Positions 39,076 through 51,974 of a stretch of 64,000 nucleotides of DNA are shown here, piece after piece; the first letter of the stretch is position 1, and every line of letters begins with the position of its first letter. The stretch covers positions 130,202,001-130,266,000 of the forward strand of contig CM059431.1 of assembly GCA_030390025.1 (NCBI GenBank). The letters run 5' to 3'. The position numbers and the translations under genes were made by a program. The stretch comes from Squalus acanthias. Its lineage: Eukaryota. The notes beneath the pieces were generated by a model. That model was not told the origin of the DNA. It worked only from the letters and a program-made list of their open reading frames with translations, and did not search any database.

Positions 39076-41799
39076 CAGTGATCATAGTATCATAAGGTTT
39101 AGATTAGCTATGGAAAGGACAGGGACCAATCTAGAGTAAAATTACTTAATTGGAGGAAGGCAAATTTCAGTGGGATGAGAATGAATCTGGCCTGGGTAAA
39201 CTGGAATCAAAGATTGGCAGGAATAACTGTAGTGGAACAATGAGCCTTTAAAGAGGAAATAGTTTGGGTACAATCGAGGTACATTCCCACTGGGGGGAAA
39301 GGCAGGGCAACTAAAGTCAGAGCTCCCTGGATGATGAAAGAAAGAAAAGAAAGACTTGCATTTATATAGCACCTTTCACGACCACTGGATGTCTCAAAGC
39401 GCTTTACAGCCAATTAAGTATTTTTGAAATGGAGTCACTGTTGTAATTTGGGAAACGTGGCAGCCAATTTGCGCACAGCAAGCTCCCACAAACAGCAGTG
39501 TGATAATGAGCAGATAATCTATTTTTGTTATGTTGTTTGAGGAATAAATATTGGCCAGGACACCAGGGATAACTCCCCTGCTCTTCTTCGCAATAGTGCC
39601 ATGGGATCTTTTACGTCCACCTGAGAGAGCAGACAGGGCCTCGGTTTAACGTCTCATCCGAAAGACGGCACCTCCGACAGTGCAGCACTCCCTCAGTACT
39701 GCACTGGAGTGTCAGCCTAGATTTATGTGCTCAAGTCCCACTCCAGGGACTTGAACCCACAACCTTCTGACTCAGAGGTGAGTGTGCGAGAGAGAAAGAG
39801 ATAGAGAGAAAGATGAAGCAGAAAAAGAGCGCGTATGACAGATGTCAGGTCAAGAATACATTTGAGAATCAGGCTAAATATAAAAAGTTCAGAGGAGAAG
39901 TGAAAAGAAAATAAGAGGGGCATAGAAAGGGTATGAGAATAGAATGGCAGCTAACATAAAAGTTAATCCAAAAGTCTTCTATAGGCATATAAATAGTAAA
40001 CGGGTAGTAAGAGGATGGGTGGGGCAGATTAGGGACCAAAAAGGAGACCTATGCATGGAGGCAGAGGGTATGGCTGAGTTACTAAATGAGTACTTTGTAT
40101 CTGTCTTCACCAAGGAAGAAGATGCTGCCATAGACATAGTAAAGGAGGAGGTAGAGGAGATACTGGATGGGATAAGAATTAATAAAGATGAGATACCACA
40201 AAGGCTGGCTGTACTTAAAGTAGATAGGTCACCAGGACTGGATGGGATGCATCCTAGCATGCTGAGGGAAGTGAAGGAAGAAATCACGGAGGTACTGGCC
40301 ATAATCTTCCAATCCGCCTTAGAAATGGGGGTGGTGCCAGAGGACTGGAGTATTGCAAATGTTACACCCTTGTTCAAAAAAGGGTGTAAAGATAAACCCA
40401 GCAACTATAGACTGGTCAGTTTAACCTCAGTAGTGAAGAAGCTTTTAGAAACAATAATCAGGGACAAAATTAACAGTCACTTGAACAAGTGTGGATTAAT
40501 TAAGGAAAGCCAGCACAGATATGTTAAAGGCAAATCGTGTTTAACCAACTTGATCGAGTTTTTTGATGAGTAAACAGGGAGGGTTGATGAGGGCAATGCG
40601 GTTGACGTGGTGTACATGGATTTCCAAAAGGCATTCGACAAAGTGCCACATAAGAGGCATGCCAGCAAAGTTGAAGCCCATGGAATAAAAGGAACAGTGG
40701 CAGCATGGATACGAAATTGACTAAGTGACAGGAAACACAGTAGTGATGAAAGGTTGTTTTTCGGACTGGAGGAAGGTATACAGTGACGCTCCCCCAGGGG
40801 TCGGTACTAGGACCACTGCTTTTCTTGATATATATTAATGACTTGGATGTGGGTGTACAGGGCACAATTTCAAAATTTGCAGATGACACAAAACTTGGAA
40901 GTATAGTGAACAGTGAGGAGGATAGTGATCAACTTCAAGAGGACATAGACAGGCTGGTGGAATGGGCAGACAAGTGGCAGATGAAATTTAATGCAGAAAA
41001 GTGTGAAGTGATACATTTTGGTAGAAAGAATGAGAAGAGGCAATATAAACTAAAGGGTACAATCCTAAAGCGGATGCATGAACAGAGAGACCTGGGGGTA
41101 TATGTGCACAAATCGTTGAAGGTGGCAGGACAGGTTGAGAAAGCAGTTAAAAAAGCTTACGGGATCCTGCGCTTCATGAATTGAGGTATAGAGTACAAAA
41201 GCCTGGAAATTATGATGAACCTTTATAAAACATTGGTTCGGCCTCAACTGGAGTTTTGTGTCCAATTCTGGGCACCGCACTTTAGGAAGGATGTGATGGC
41301 CTTAGAGAGGGTGCAGAAAAGATTTACGAGAATGCTTCCAGGGATGAGGGACTTCAGTTACGTGGATAGACTGGAGAAGCTGGGATTGTTCTCCTTGGAG
41401 CAGAGAAGATTGAGAGGAGATTTGATAGAGGTGTTCAAAATCATGAGGGGTCTGGACAGAGTAGATAGAGAGAAATTGTTCCCATTGGCAGAAGGGTCGA
41501 GAACCAGAGGACACAGATTTAAGGTGATTCGCAAAAGAACCAAAGGCGACATGAGGAAAAACTTTTTTATTCAGCAAGTGGTTAGGATCTGGAATGCACT
41601 GCCTGAAAGGGTGGTGGAGGCAGACTCAATCTTATCCTTCAAAAGGGTGTTGGATAAGTACCTGAAAGAAAAACATTTGCAGGGCTACGGGGAAAGGACA
41701 GGGGAGCGGGACTAGCTGAGGTGCTCTTGCAGAGAGCTGGCACGGGCTCGACGGTCCGAATGGCCTCCTTCTGTGCTGTAACTATTCTATGATTCTATA
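39076..41799 (+). mobile_element. CR1 LINE, 5'-truncated, interrupted by a SINE
   Basis: End of the endonuclease, linker and RT motifs ([19 protein letters not shown]), 3' UTR and (attctatg) tail. Confidence 0.95.
39336..39787 (-). mobile_element. Deu-domain SINE copy 2, A box truncated
   Basis: Reverse complement of 4840-5285. It splits the CR1 at PWMMK|EIE. Confidence 0.88.
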
Positions 41800-42401
41800 T
41801 GATACGTATCATCTATGAACTTTTTGAATTCACTAAACCTCATTTGCACAGGAACCCTATTTTCCAATTGCCCTATCCTTTCCGTCAGCTTCTTGATGAA
41901 GAAACAACGTTGATAAAATGAACAGTTTTGCTCTTCTGATATCAATAAATATATTGCAGTACACAACCAATGCTCTAACTTCAACTTCAAACTTTCTTCT
42001 GCAGCTAAAGGTTTTGATTTAGAAGTATTTACAAACTTCTCACATTCTTAGAATATATTTTAAACAATTTAAAGTATCGTACTAGAGTTGTCTGCTGTTG
42101 CCCCTGCCAAATCAAACTGCTGTCACTGCTCTTACCCAAAAGTGAACCATCTCTCCAATTCCCTTCCGAAATCACTTCCCGACAGCTGCTGCTGCTCCTG
42201 CTCCCATCCAAATATCAGATGCTCGTCGCTTCTCCTATTTGCAACTAAACTGATTCCAGTATAAACCACTTTCATAGCTCAGTTGATCTTTGTTCTGCTC
42301 AACACAATAGCAAAATACTGCGGATGCTGGAATCTGAAATAAAAACAGAAAATGCTGGAAATACTCAGCAGGTCAGGCAGCATCTGTGGAGAAAGAAACA
42401 G

Positions 42402-42438
42402 AGTTAACGTTTCATGTCTGTGACCCTTCGTCAGAACT
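42402..42438 (-). ncRNA. Minimal hammerhead motif, inverted copy
   Basis: Reverse complement reads agttCTGACGAagggtcacagacatGAAACGTTaact, with one stem II mismatch. Confidence 0.65.
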
Positions 42439-42739
42439 GGAAAAAGTTAGAGATGTAACAGATTTTAAGCACGTGCAGAGGCAGGGAAAGTGAGAGGGGA
42501 GGAAATAACAAAAGGGGAGGTCTGTGATAGGGCGGAAGGCAGGAGAGATTAAATGCTGTAAATTTAGTATACTGTATTCGCTGCTCACGATGCGGTCTCC
42601 TCTACATTGAGGAGACCAAATGCAGATTGGGTGACCACTTTGAGGAACACCTCCATTCAGTCCATAAGGGTGACCCTGAGCTTCCGGTCACCTGTCACTT
42701 TAATTCCTCACTCCGCTCCCACTCTGACCCCTCTGTCCT

Positions 42740-44222
42740 TGAAGGGATAATTACAAGTCCTAGCCCTTCTCGGGCTACCCCAGATCAGGTGTATTCCCCA
42801 GACGTTCACCTTCAACTAAAGTTAGCGGTAGCCGAATCCTAGAGACGATTAATTGGGTCTAAAGGTTCAGACTATCTCTCCCTAAAGGAAAGGAACGGCC
42901 TGAAGATGTTGCCGTCCTCCGGATAGCACTTTTAACAAGTTTAACTAGACTGTAACCTTCCGGATATTATGAAGGTCCAGAAAACCCCCCAGAATTCTGC
43001 AACTCCTCTCAAAAGAGTGTACAGAAATTGAGTTCGCGAGATTGATACAGAAATACTCTGTGAGACAATTTTAAAAATATATAGATTTATTAAAGAACCG
43101 AAATCTAGTTAACAGCTGGTATGGCAATCACAACTTTAACCGTTCAAAATACAAATAGCTTACATTTCTTATCAGAGATCCTTATTCTCAAATCTTAACT
43201 TCGTTACATTTCCACACTTCTACTTATTTCTTAATCCAGAATATCCACCAAAATCAAATACCTTGATTACCCGAGACTCAGAGTTGTAGGCCTACAGAGT
43301 GGTTCTGAAGGCGAGAATCGCTCTGCCCCTTCCCAGGAACTTATAACTCTCTTTCTGAAAAGCTCTATTTTTATACCTTTTTTTAGTGGTATATTCTTTG
43401 AAGTTTTCTGCTGATGTAAGCGAATTATCTTTAGTCATTCTCTATTGAATTCTTTTCTATTCTTACTGTTATTTCAGCTGCCAACTTTTAGAAACCTGTC
43501 TGCGATATAGGTGTTTCAAAAACTTATCATTTTTATGGTTATTATCAATTTATCTATTTGATGCTATTCTTAGGAAGTCTTTCTGTTGAATTCTTAATAT
43601 CACCTTAACTGCTTGTTAGCAGACGTCGTGTCTCCTAACTATTCCATTTTCAATACAAACACATGATGATTGCTTGGTGTCATCTATTGATATTATATCT
43701 TCAAAGTGTTCTTTTACAATTTGTAAATCAAAAACACTTCAATCGATTACTTAATTGTTTCCCTAGCTACTTCAATTGGTTGTATTAAGAACCATGTCTC
43801 CTTGTTCTAAGTTTAACATAAAACTATTTTACGGCAGGTATTTCTTTTACTTGATGTCATTTTTTCAAAGGCACTTGTTTTTTTTTAATGTTCTGTGCAC
43901 CTGTTCGATGTGTTAGATTTTAACACTTTACTTGGGCATTGCTATTGTTTTGGTTCCAAACTATAGACATTCTGGAAGCACCAATGGTTTGCTTCAATAG
44001 GGGCTTTGTCTCAGTATTTACAACCAATTCCCATTTCAAAAGCTTGTGGTGTTTACAACTTTTGTGCTATCAACTGATCTTATCTCAAAAGCCTGTGTTC
44101 TGTTTGCAGCCTGTGTCGTTGAGGCTTTTAGATTTTTAAACCCAGTTTATCATGTATTAATAATATAAGAAATCTGTTCATAGGATGGTGTATTTTTCTG
44201 AAATATGGCTTATTCCTTCACA
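42740..44222 (-). mobile_element. Solo LTR (about 1.48 kb)
   Basis: TG...CA ends, terminal inverted repeat tgaagggataa/ttattccttca and exact 4-bp TSD tcct. Minus-strand TATA near 43370 and AATAAA at 43086-43091. Confidence 0.8.
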
Positions 44223-44526
44223 TCCTCGGCCTCTTACACTGTTCCAAAGAAGCTCAACGTAAGCTCGAGGAACAGTACCTCATCTTTCGATTAGGCACTT
44301 TACAACCTTCTGGACTGAACATCAAGTTCAACAATTTCAGACCATAACCTCTGCCCCTATATTTTCCAGATGGCAGCTATTGATGATTCTGCCATTCCCA
44401 TTTGCAGCATTTAATCTCTCCTGCCTTCCACCCTATGACAGACCTCTCCTTTCATTCTTTCCTCCCCTCCCCCCTTTCCCTGCCTCTGTACCTAGTTAAA
44501 ATCTTTTACATCTCTAACTTTTTTCC

Positions 44527-44563
44527 AGTTCTGACGAAGGGTCACAGACCTGAAACGTTAACT
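44527..44563 (+). ncRNA. Minimal type I hammerhead ribozyme motif
   Basis: agtt-CTGACGA-agggtc-aca-gacct-GAAAC-GTT-aact. Core boxes are present, stem II is ggtc/gacc, stem I is agtt/aact, and helix III is palindromic (aacgtt). Confidence 0.75.
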
Positions 44564-46221
44564 CTGTTTCTCTCTCCACAGATGCTGCCTGACCTGCTGA
44601 GTGTTTCCAGCATTTTCAGTTTTTATTTGTTCTGCTTGATTTGTCTGCCCAAAACAATGAAGCTTCACGAAGCACTTCTACTGTCTGTGAAGCTCATTCT
44701 CAGACTTGCCTGGAACTTTTTCTGTTATATACAAAAACTCAAATACAGAGTAACTACAGTTCACTGGACAAGGGCTTCGGGAGGACGTGCTAGGCTAAGA
44801 GAAATCTGTCATTTGTTCATTCATACCCTCGTACAATTTTCTCTCTTTCTGTGCTCCCAGCTGGCAGCAGGGTCAATTGTTACAATTGTCTCTGACCTAT
44901 ACTCTGCCATTATACCAACTAGTATAGTATCTAAAGAAAAAAAATGAGGGTTGAGGTGTTGCTCTTTGATTGGAATCTTGGGTCCCTATTTTAATTCCAG
45001 GTGGTAATCCCCGCTTAGGCCTGAGTTAAAGTAACAGTCGGGTCTCAATGATGTCATCAGACTGCAACATGCATATGTAAAGAAGGCCCCTGTTGGCTGT
45101 GGGCCCGTGTCCTTGCTGTCTGCTCAGGAGAGCAGGTTAAAATTGCAGATTTGCAATCATGGTGGCTTTCAGACAGGTAAGAGCCAGAGCAATTTTAACT
45201 GGCCACCCGCTAGTCTGCCGAATGAGTAGGGTTAAAATCACCCCCGTTAATGAAAAATAGCTAGGAATAATAGTTCAGAGCTAGTCAGGTGAAAAATTAT
45301 TTGAGAACTGCTGTTTCCCACATACCAAAGAGGGGATTTGAGCACCAAAGTATAAAATGGAGTGCATGGTCAGTTTTTCTGCTTTGATCTGACAATATCA
45401 AAACAAGTACAAGATTCTTCCCCATCCATTGACTGACAGATTGTATTGTGTTTAAAGGACTATCCATCATCAGACTTTATTCATAGGCAATTAATTCATG
45501 GCACCACACAATGCTAGGATGCTGTTTTGATTCTTGTACTCTGCTAAGTATCCTGACTGTATTGCTGTGGACGGGGGAAATGGTTTACATTGACTGGATG
45601 TTTATCCCCAAGAAGTAAATAAAATCTGACAGAATATCATCACTGGTGATAAAATTCTAGTTTATAGCTCAATGGCCTGACATTAATAACTGCTTAGCCT
45701 TTAATAAGATCATGAAAGTGCCAAATTATTTTTATTGCTGTTTTAGTAATAGTTGTTTGCTACGTGCAGAAATTGATTGAACTACGGCTTGTTTCATTGT
45801 TTGTACTTTGTCCAATAATTGCTTGTGTTCATAACATGTTTATACTGTATTCCTGATTTCACAGGAATGCTGTTGTGTCCCTGTTAGTGAAAGCAGCAAA
45901 CATACAAGTCTGAAAACTAAAAAATAATACAGTACAGCTCTTTGGTTTATTGTGACCAGCAGCATCGATTTTTAAACTCAAATAGTTACAAAGCATTATA
46001 GTAATGCTTTTTTCTATCCATTTCTGTTCAAATTTTGTGTGGACTTTTCATCAAGTATACTAGCCCAAAATAATGAAGAAGATACATTCACAATAATTGA
46101 GTTACAGTCATTGGTCTAGGTGTTTAACAAGATCAGCATCCTCAACTGTACAGGTTAATTGATCTCTGTTACAGTAACTCCTCCAAGCTAATTTCACCTA
46201 ACCATATTATGTCAGCATTAT

Positions 46222-46949
46222 GGGGCTGAAAATCCATGGCTCTTTCAGTGTTCTCCTGCCATAAATCTACCGGGAGTGCAGCAGAAGGGTTTGAAATTAG
46301 GCCATTACCAAATGTACCAGGCTCCTAGCCTTCCTCTCCAGTTTCTGTGGGCCCTTGTTTGGATAGAACCCCTGTCTGCCCCAAACATGGTCCCCCATAT
46401 AAGAGGAGGCAAGGCCAGAGGAGGGACCTCCAAGACTGGTAGTTTACTTGTCCCCGGCCTGGTGGAGCAGTGGCGGGCTGATACGCTGAGTGATACCAAA
46501 CTGTTGACTGGTGAAAATGGAGTCCACCTGCGGGGGCTGGCGGGCGGGGGGGAGGGGGGGGCCGGGGGTTCCAGGTCTGGATAGTGGCCTGGACCCCCCA
46601 ATGTTATTAAAGCATTTAAAAAATCTTGCTGGACTTATGTACCCCTTGTACAGGGGGCCAATGGGTATTTAAGGGATATTAAAAGGATATTTTCAGAGGA
46701 GCCAGCACTCGCACCTCTCCCCGCACCCCCCCGCCCCCCCACCCCGAATTGGGTAACCGCACCAGAATTTCGGGCTTTTGTCAGATGAGTACCCAATGCA
46801 CCTCTAGTGACCTGGCTCCCTGTCTAGAATATTTAAAATAGTTGACATCCCCCTGAGCCCACATATTTTGATGGGATCTGTGCCGGAGATCACAGACAGC
46901 CCCATCCTGGCACTTACGCTGGGTGATAGGTCCGTGGATTTTCGGCGCC
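46222..46949. mobile_element. Harbinger-type MITE (728 bp)
   Basis: TIR ggggctgaaaatcca / tggattttcggcgcc (13 of 15 match) and exact TSD tat. Confidence 0.8.
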
Positions 46950-47156
46950 TATCTGTTGAAATAAAAGTATAATTAAAAGTTGTTTTTTTAAAGTTGACAA
47001 TATATAATGGTTTGATTTTAAAAAGGTTGAATCTTTTATATTGACAATATATGGCAAGAGTCAAGGGAAAAATATTTGGAAGATGATTGTTAGAAGGTAA
47101 TACAAAGACGGTTTCAGCTAATGTCAACTGAAAGAGCAAATCTTAAAGAATTTAAA

Positions 47157-48911
47157 GGCAAAATACTGCAGATGCTGGAAATCTGAAATATAAACAGAAA
47201 ATACTGGAAATGCTCAGCAGTCCAGGCAGCATCTGTGGAGAGAGAAACAGAGTTAACGTTTCAGATGAATGACCTTTTGTCAGAACTGGAAAATGTTACA
47301 GATGTAACAGGTTTTAAGCAAGTACAGAGGCAGGGAAAGTGGGGAGGGGAGGAAAGAACCAAAGGGAAAATATGTGATTGGGTGGAAAACAGGAGAGATT
47401 AAATTAACAGCAGAATTGGGCCTATACTCTCTGGAGTTTAGAAGAATGAGAGGTGATATCATTGAAACATGTAAGATTCTGAGGAGGATTGACAGGGTAG
47501 ATGCTGAGAGGTTGTTTCCCCTGGCTGGAGAGTCTAGAACAAGGAGGCATGGTTTCAGGATAAGGGGTTAGCCATTTAAGACTGAGATGAGGAGGAATTT
47601 CTTCACTCAGAGGGTTGTGAAGTCTTTGGAATTTTCTACCCCAAAGGGCTATAGATGCTGAGTCCTTGACTATATTCAAGGCTGAGATAGATAGATTTTT
47701 GGACTCTAGGGGAATCAAGGGATATGGGGATCGGGTGGGAAAGAGGAGTTGAGACCTTGTCCTGCTCCTAATTCTTATGTTCTTAAGAGTCATTACCAGC
47801 ACCTGCTGTCTGAAAAAATGGGAGAATGATATGAGATTGTTGAACTCTGTAAAGTGCCTAATCGAAAGATGAGGTGCTGTTCCTCGAGCTTCCGTTGAGC
47901 TTCATAGGCACAGTGCAGGAGGCCGAGGACAGAGAGGTTAGAGTAGGAGAGGGACAGAGAATTAAAATAGCAAGCGACCGGAAGCTCATGGTCATGCTTG
48001 CGGACTGAATGGAGGTGTTCAGCAAAGTGATCACCCGATCTGCGTTTGGTCTCCCCAGTGCAGAGGAGACCGCATCGTGAGCAGTGAATACAGTATACTA
48101 AATTGAAAGAAGTACAAGTAAATTGCTGTTTCACCTGGAAGGAGTGTTGGTGGCTTTGGACAGTGGGAAGGGAGGAGGTGAAAGGACAGGAGTTGCATTT
48201 CCTGCGCTTGCATGGGAAGGTGCCGTGGGAAGGGGAGGGGGTGTTGAAGAGTGGACTTGAGTGTCGCCGAGGGAACGGTCTCTTTGGAATGCTGAAAGGG
48301 GAGGGGATGATATGTTTGGTGGTGGCACACTGGAGGTGGCGGAAATAGCAGAGGATGATCTGTTGAATGTAGAGGCCGTTGGGATGGAAGGTGAGGACAA
48401 GGGGAACCCTATCATGGTTCTGGGAGGGAGGGGAAGGGATGAGGGCAGAAGTGCAGGAAATGGGACAGACACGGTCAAGAGCCCTGTCAACCACGGAATC
48501 CTCAGTTCAAGAAAAAGGAAGACAAATTGGAAGCACTGGTGTGGCAGGGTGGCATCGTCAGAACAGATGCAACAGAGACGGAGAAACTGGGAGAATGAAA
48601 TAGAGTCCTTACAAGAAGCGAGATGGGAGGAAGTCTAATCCAGGTAGCTGTGGGAGTCTGGGCTTATAGTAGACATTGGTTGACAGCCTATCCCCATAAA
48701 TAGAGATAGAGAAGTCGAGCAAGAGAAGGGAAGAGTCTGAGATGGACCATGTGAAATCGAGGCAGGGGTGGAAATTTGAAGCAAAGTTGATGAGATTTTC
48801 CAGTTCAGGGTGAGAGCGGGAAGCGGCACTGATAGTCATCAATACACCAGCAAAAGAGATGAGGTATGGGACCTGAGTAGGACTGGAACAAAGAATGTTC
48901 TATGTATACCA
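47157..48911 (-). mobile_element. Penelope-like element (RT C-terminus, GIY-YIG and terminus), split by a CR1 piece
   Basis: The minus strand gives NFASNFHP, LLDFSI, YKP.DSHSYLD, VPLVLTFHP and NLVYCIHCSRCGLLCTGETKR. The terminus has a degenerate hammerhead (ctgacaa) at 47251-47288. Confidence 0.9.
47410..47785 (+). mobile_element. CR1 3' fragment
   Basis: LGLYSLEFRRMRGD and a ttcttatg tail. Confidence 0.88.
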
Positions 48912-49821
48912 TGTACGAAAGGCTGATATTTAAAGATATTTAGTAGATGAGAATCATATATGTATAACTTCAAGTGTAGCCATTGACCAAATAATATTAC
49001 TCATAATTACTCCTGGGTAACTAAAAAAGCTAAGACTTGTTCAAAATGCAACTGCAGACAGTCAAAAGCAGTTTTGACTAAGTTTTGATAACAAACAGCC
49101 ACAGACTGCAAGTGAAGGTCAAATTGTTAAATTGCTAAAAAAAAACATATTATGATGCTAAGTAGAAATTAGAATTCACTTACCAAAACTAATTGCAATG
49201 ATATTTCAAAAATAATTAGTATAAGGACATAAAATGAGAGAGATCATGGAGATAAGGTATTTATCTGGTAGATTAAAGTGAGATAGTTTGGATACCTCAA
49301 GACTAGTGAAACAGCGCTGATAGAGGCCCTTGGTATAAAGGCCTTGTACCAGGGAAGCTAGAAATGAAAGAGATAAAGTAAATTCCAATGAGGTGAAAAA
49401 CTATAAACAAGATAACACTGAACATGGCAAGGTTGATGGTAAAATACTGGAAAGGAGGGATGCTACCTTAGTCAGAGTGACAATAGTATTTTTACCATTA
49501 GAACCAATTATAAAAGGTGATTTTGTTAAAGACCATATATGGACACTGGCCAAATGAACTGTTGATAAGAAAAGGGTTAAAACCTCGATACTCAAAGAAC
49601 AACTTTACACAGATGTACTGCGAGAACAAAGGAACAGACTTAAGACGACATCATCTGTGTCCGAGAGGTTCCAGAAACCAAGGGCTGCAAGCTACTCGTT
49701 AAAACTATCGCCTAAGTATATTATGCTGTATGCTTAATAAATCTTGATCTATTGCTCAAACATACTGGCTGCTGCCTGTTGGTGTCTTGTCCAAGAACTC
49801 AGAGATCATTAAGATCTTACA
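48912..49821 (+). mobile_element. 5' LTR of an endogenous retrovirus or LTR retroelement
   Basis: Starts tgtacg where the Penelope sequence breaks off and ends cttaca. AATAAA at 49736-49741, and a PBS follows after 3 nt. Confidence 0.75.
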
Positions 49822-49824
49822 AAT

Positions 49825-49842
49825 TGGCACCCCAGATGGGAC
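49825..49842 (+). promoter_or_regulatory. Primer-binding site, tRNA-Arg(CCT)
   Basis: TGGCACCCCAGATGGGAC is the complement of the 3' 18 nt of a vertebrate tRNA-Arg-CCT (...GTCCCATCTGGGGTG-CCA), as I recall the sequence. Confidence 0.8.
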
Positions 49843-51251
49843 AAGACAAAGCGGCTAGTATTGCGTAATAGATCGGACCTCGAAAGTAGCTTCCTGATCA
49901 GCTGCTGCTCTTGAGGAGGGATAAACCCCGTGGGGAGTGGGGAGTGCCCGTGACTTGCATGCCGATAGTTATTGATGTTAGAGGTCTGTTAGGAAAATCA
50001 CCAAATGGCTAGTAAAAGTTGTGTTAATGCATATAAGTGTAAGTTAGACAGAGACGCCTGTGCGGAGGAAGTACAGGTATTATTGACGGAACGTTTAATC
50101 AAAGGAGACCGAGTCCCCTTTGAAAAAGTGATAAACTTTATTCCGGAAAGTCTGTCTCAGAAAAAACACAAGTTAAGAGAGAAACATAGCCAGGTGGTTA
50201 AGCATAAAGTGCAGGAGAGAGAGGGAGAGGTAAAGAAGGGAAAAGATTGAATTTGCAGGCTAACCAATCTGAAAACTCAGCAAAGGAAGGAGAACAAAAA
50301 GGGATTTGGAAAGCCAGGAAAAGCTGCTGAGACGCCGATTTAAAAAGAGAAAAAAAAGAGAAATTTAAAGTTTTACCGACATGGAAGTTCTGAACGTCTG
50401 TGCCGAGACAAATAAAACGCAAGATTTGTCTTGTCTTGGATTTTGGAGTTTTAAGAATGTGCGAATAAGATTGTGCCCCAAGAATTGGAAAAAAAACTTT
50501 GAACTACGATTTAAGTTAAGCTGGTGTGTAAAAACTGAGAAGAACAACAAAAAGATTGTTTAACAAAAGATTAAGTTTCAGTCTAAGATTTAACCTTGGA
50601 GTCGCGGTTGCTATGGTGAAATTTTCCAAAGCAATTTGATTTGATTTGTTTAAATGTGAAAAACTAATTTTTCTCTAGTTATATTCAATGTTTTTACAGT
50701 ATTTTGGAAAGGCATCTGAAGAAAGGACTACAAGAAATATGACATAATTTACTGTTTTCTGCAAGCATGTGCTATTTTATTTTGTTTTGTTCTGTTCGTG
50801 TTTAGTTAAAGTGTGAAAACACAACTGTCTTTTTCGATCGGGAAAGTTTTTTTAAATTTACGTGAAGTGACGCAATTGCGTGCGCCTGACAATGTTTCGC
50901 TCCACCTTCTTAAAAACCTGCAAAGGAGTTAACCCTTTCCACTGACATCTGTTTAAGTTAACCAAGCAACAACTTTAGTATGAAATTTAAAGATATTGGA
51001 CATTATTAAATTTAAGTTTCTTAATTTTAAGTTAATATTTCCCCACAGTGACAGAAGGAAGATTATGATTTGATAAATTAACCCCTTGGGCTCTAAGCAG
51101 AGTCACAATGGATTCTCTTTCTTTTGTTATATGAAAGTTACTTTGTAAACTAATTGCAGCACTTCTGTCTCTAATGTTAAAACACTGTGTAAGCCACCTA
51201 GCCTGGGAATCACTTGTTTCTGAAATTGGAAATGGAAGATAAATTGATAGA

Positions 51252-51974
51252 TTATAAAAACAGGGAGGTATTGCTGCAGTTATATAAGGTATTGGTGAGA
51301 CCGCACCTGGAATACTGCATACAGTTTTGGTGTCCATACTTAAGAAAAGACATACTTGCTCTCGAGGCAGTACAAAGAAGGTTCACTCGATTAATCCCGG
51401 GGATGAGGGGGTGGACATACGAGGAGAGGTTGAGTAGATTGGGACTCTACTCATTGGAGTTCAGAAGAATGAGAGGTGATCTTATTGAAACATATAAGAT
51501 TGTGAAGGGGCTTGATCGGGTGGATGTGGTAAGGATGTTCCCAAGGATGGGTGAAACTAGAACTAGGGGGCATAATCTTAGAATAAGGGGCTGTTCTTTC
51601 AAAACTGAGATGAGGAGAAACTTCTTCACTCAGAGGGTAGTAGGTCTGTGGAATTTGCTGCCCCAGGAAGCTGTGGAAGCTACATCATTAAATAAATTTA
51701 AAACAGAAATAGACAGTTTCCTAGAAGTAAAGGGAATTAGGGGTTACGGAGAGCGGGCAGGAAATTGGACATGAGGCTGAGTTCGGATCGGTCAAGGCCC
51801 TGTGGGTGGCGGAGCGGGCCCAGGGGCTGAGTGGCCGGGTCCTGCTCCTACTTCTTGTGTTCTTTAGATTTGAGGTTAGGATCAGATCAGCCATGATCTT
51901 ATTGAATGGCGGAGCAGGTTCGAGGGGCCGATTGGCCTACTCCTGCTCCTATTTCTTATGTTCTTATGTTCTTA
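51252..51974 (+). mobile_element. CR1 family C copy 2, 3' fragment
   Basis: Near-identical to 27228-27992, including the doubled 3' UTR. Confidence 0.93.

Larger units (their letters stand above)
42308..44628 (+). mobile_element. Penelope-like element 3' fragment with an inverted terminal copy, split by a solo LTR
   Basis: GIY-YIG translation NLVYCIRCSRCGLLYIEETK...VL|GLLHC...LEEQYLIFRLGTLQPSGLN. Region 42308-42555 is the reverse complement of about 44405-44628. Confidence 0.9.
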
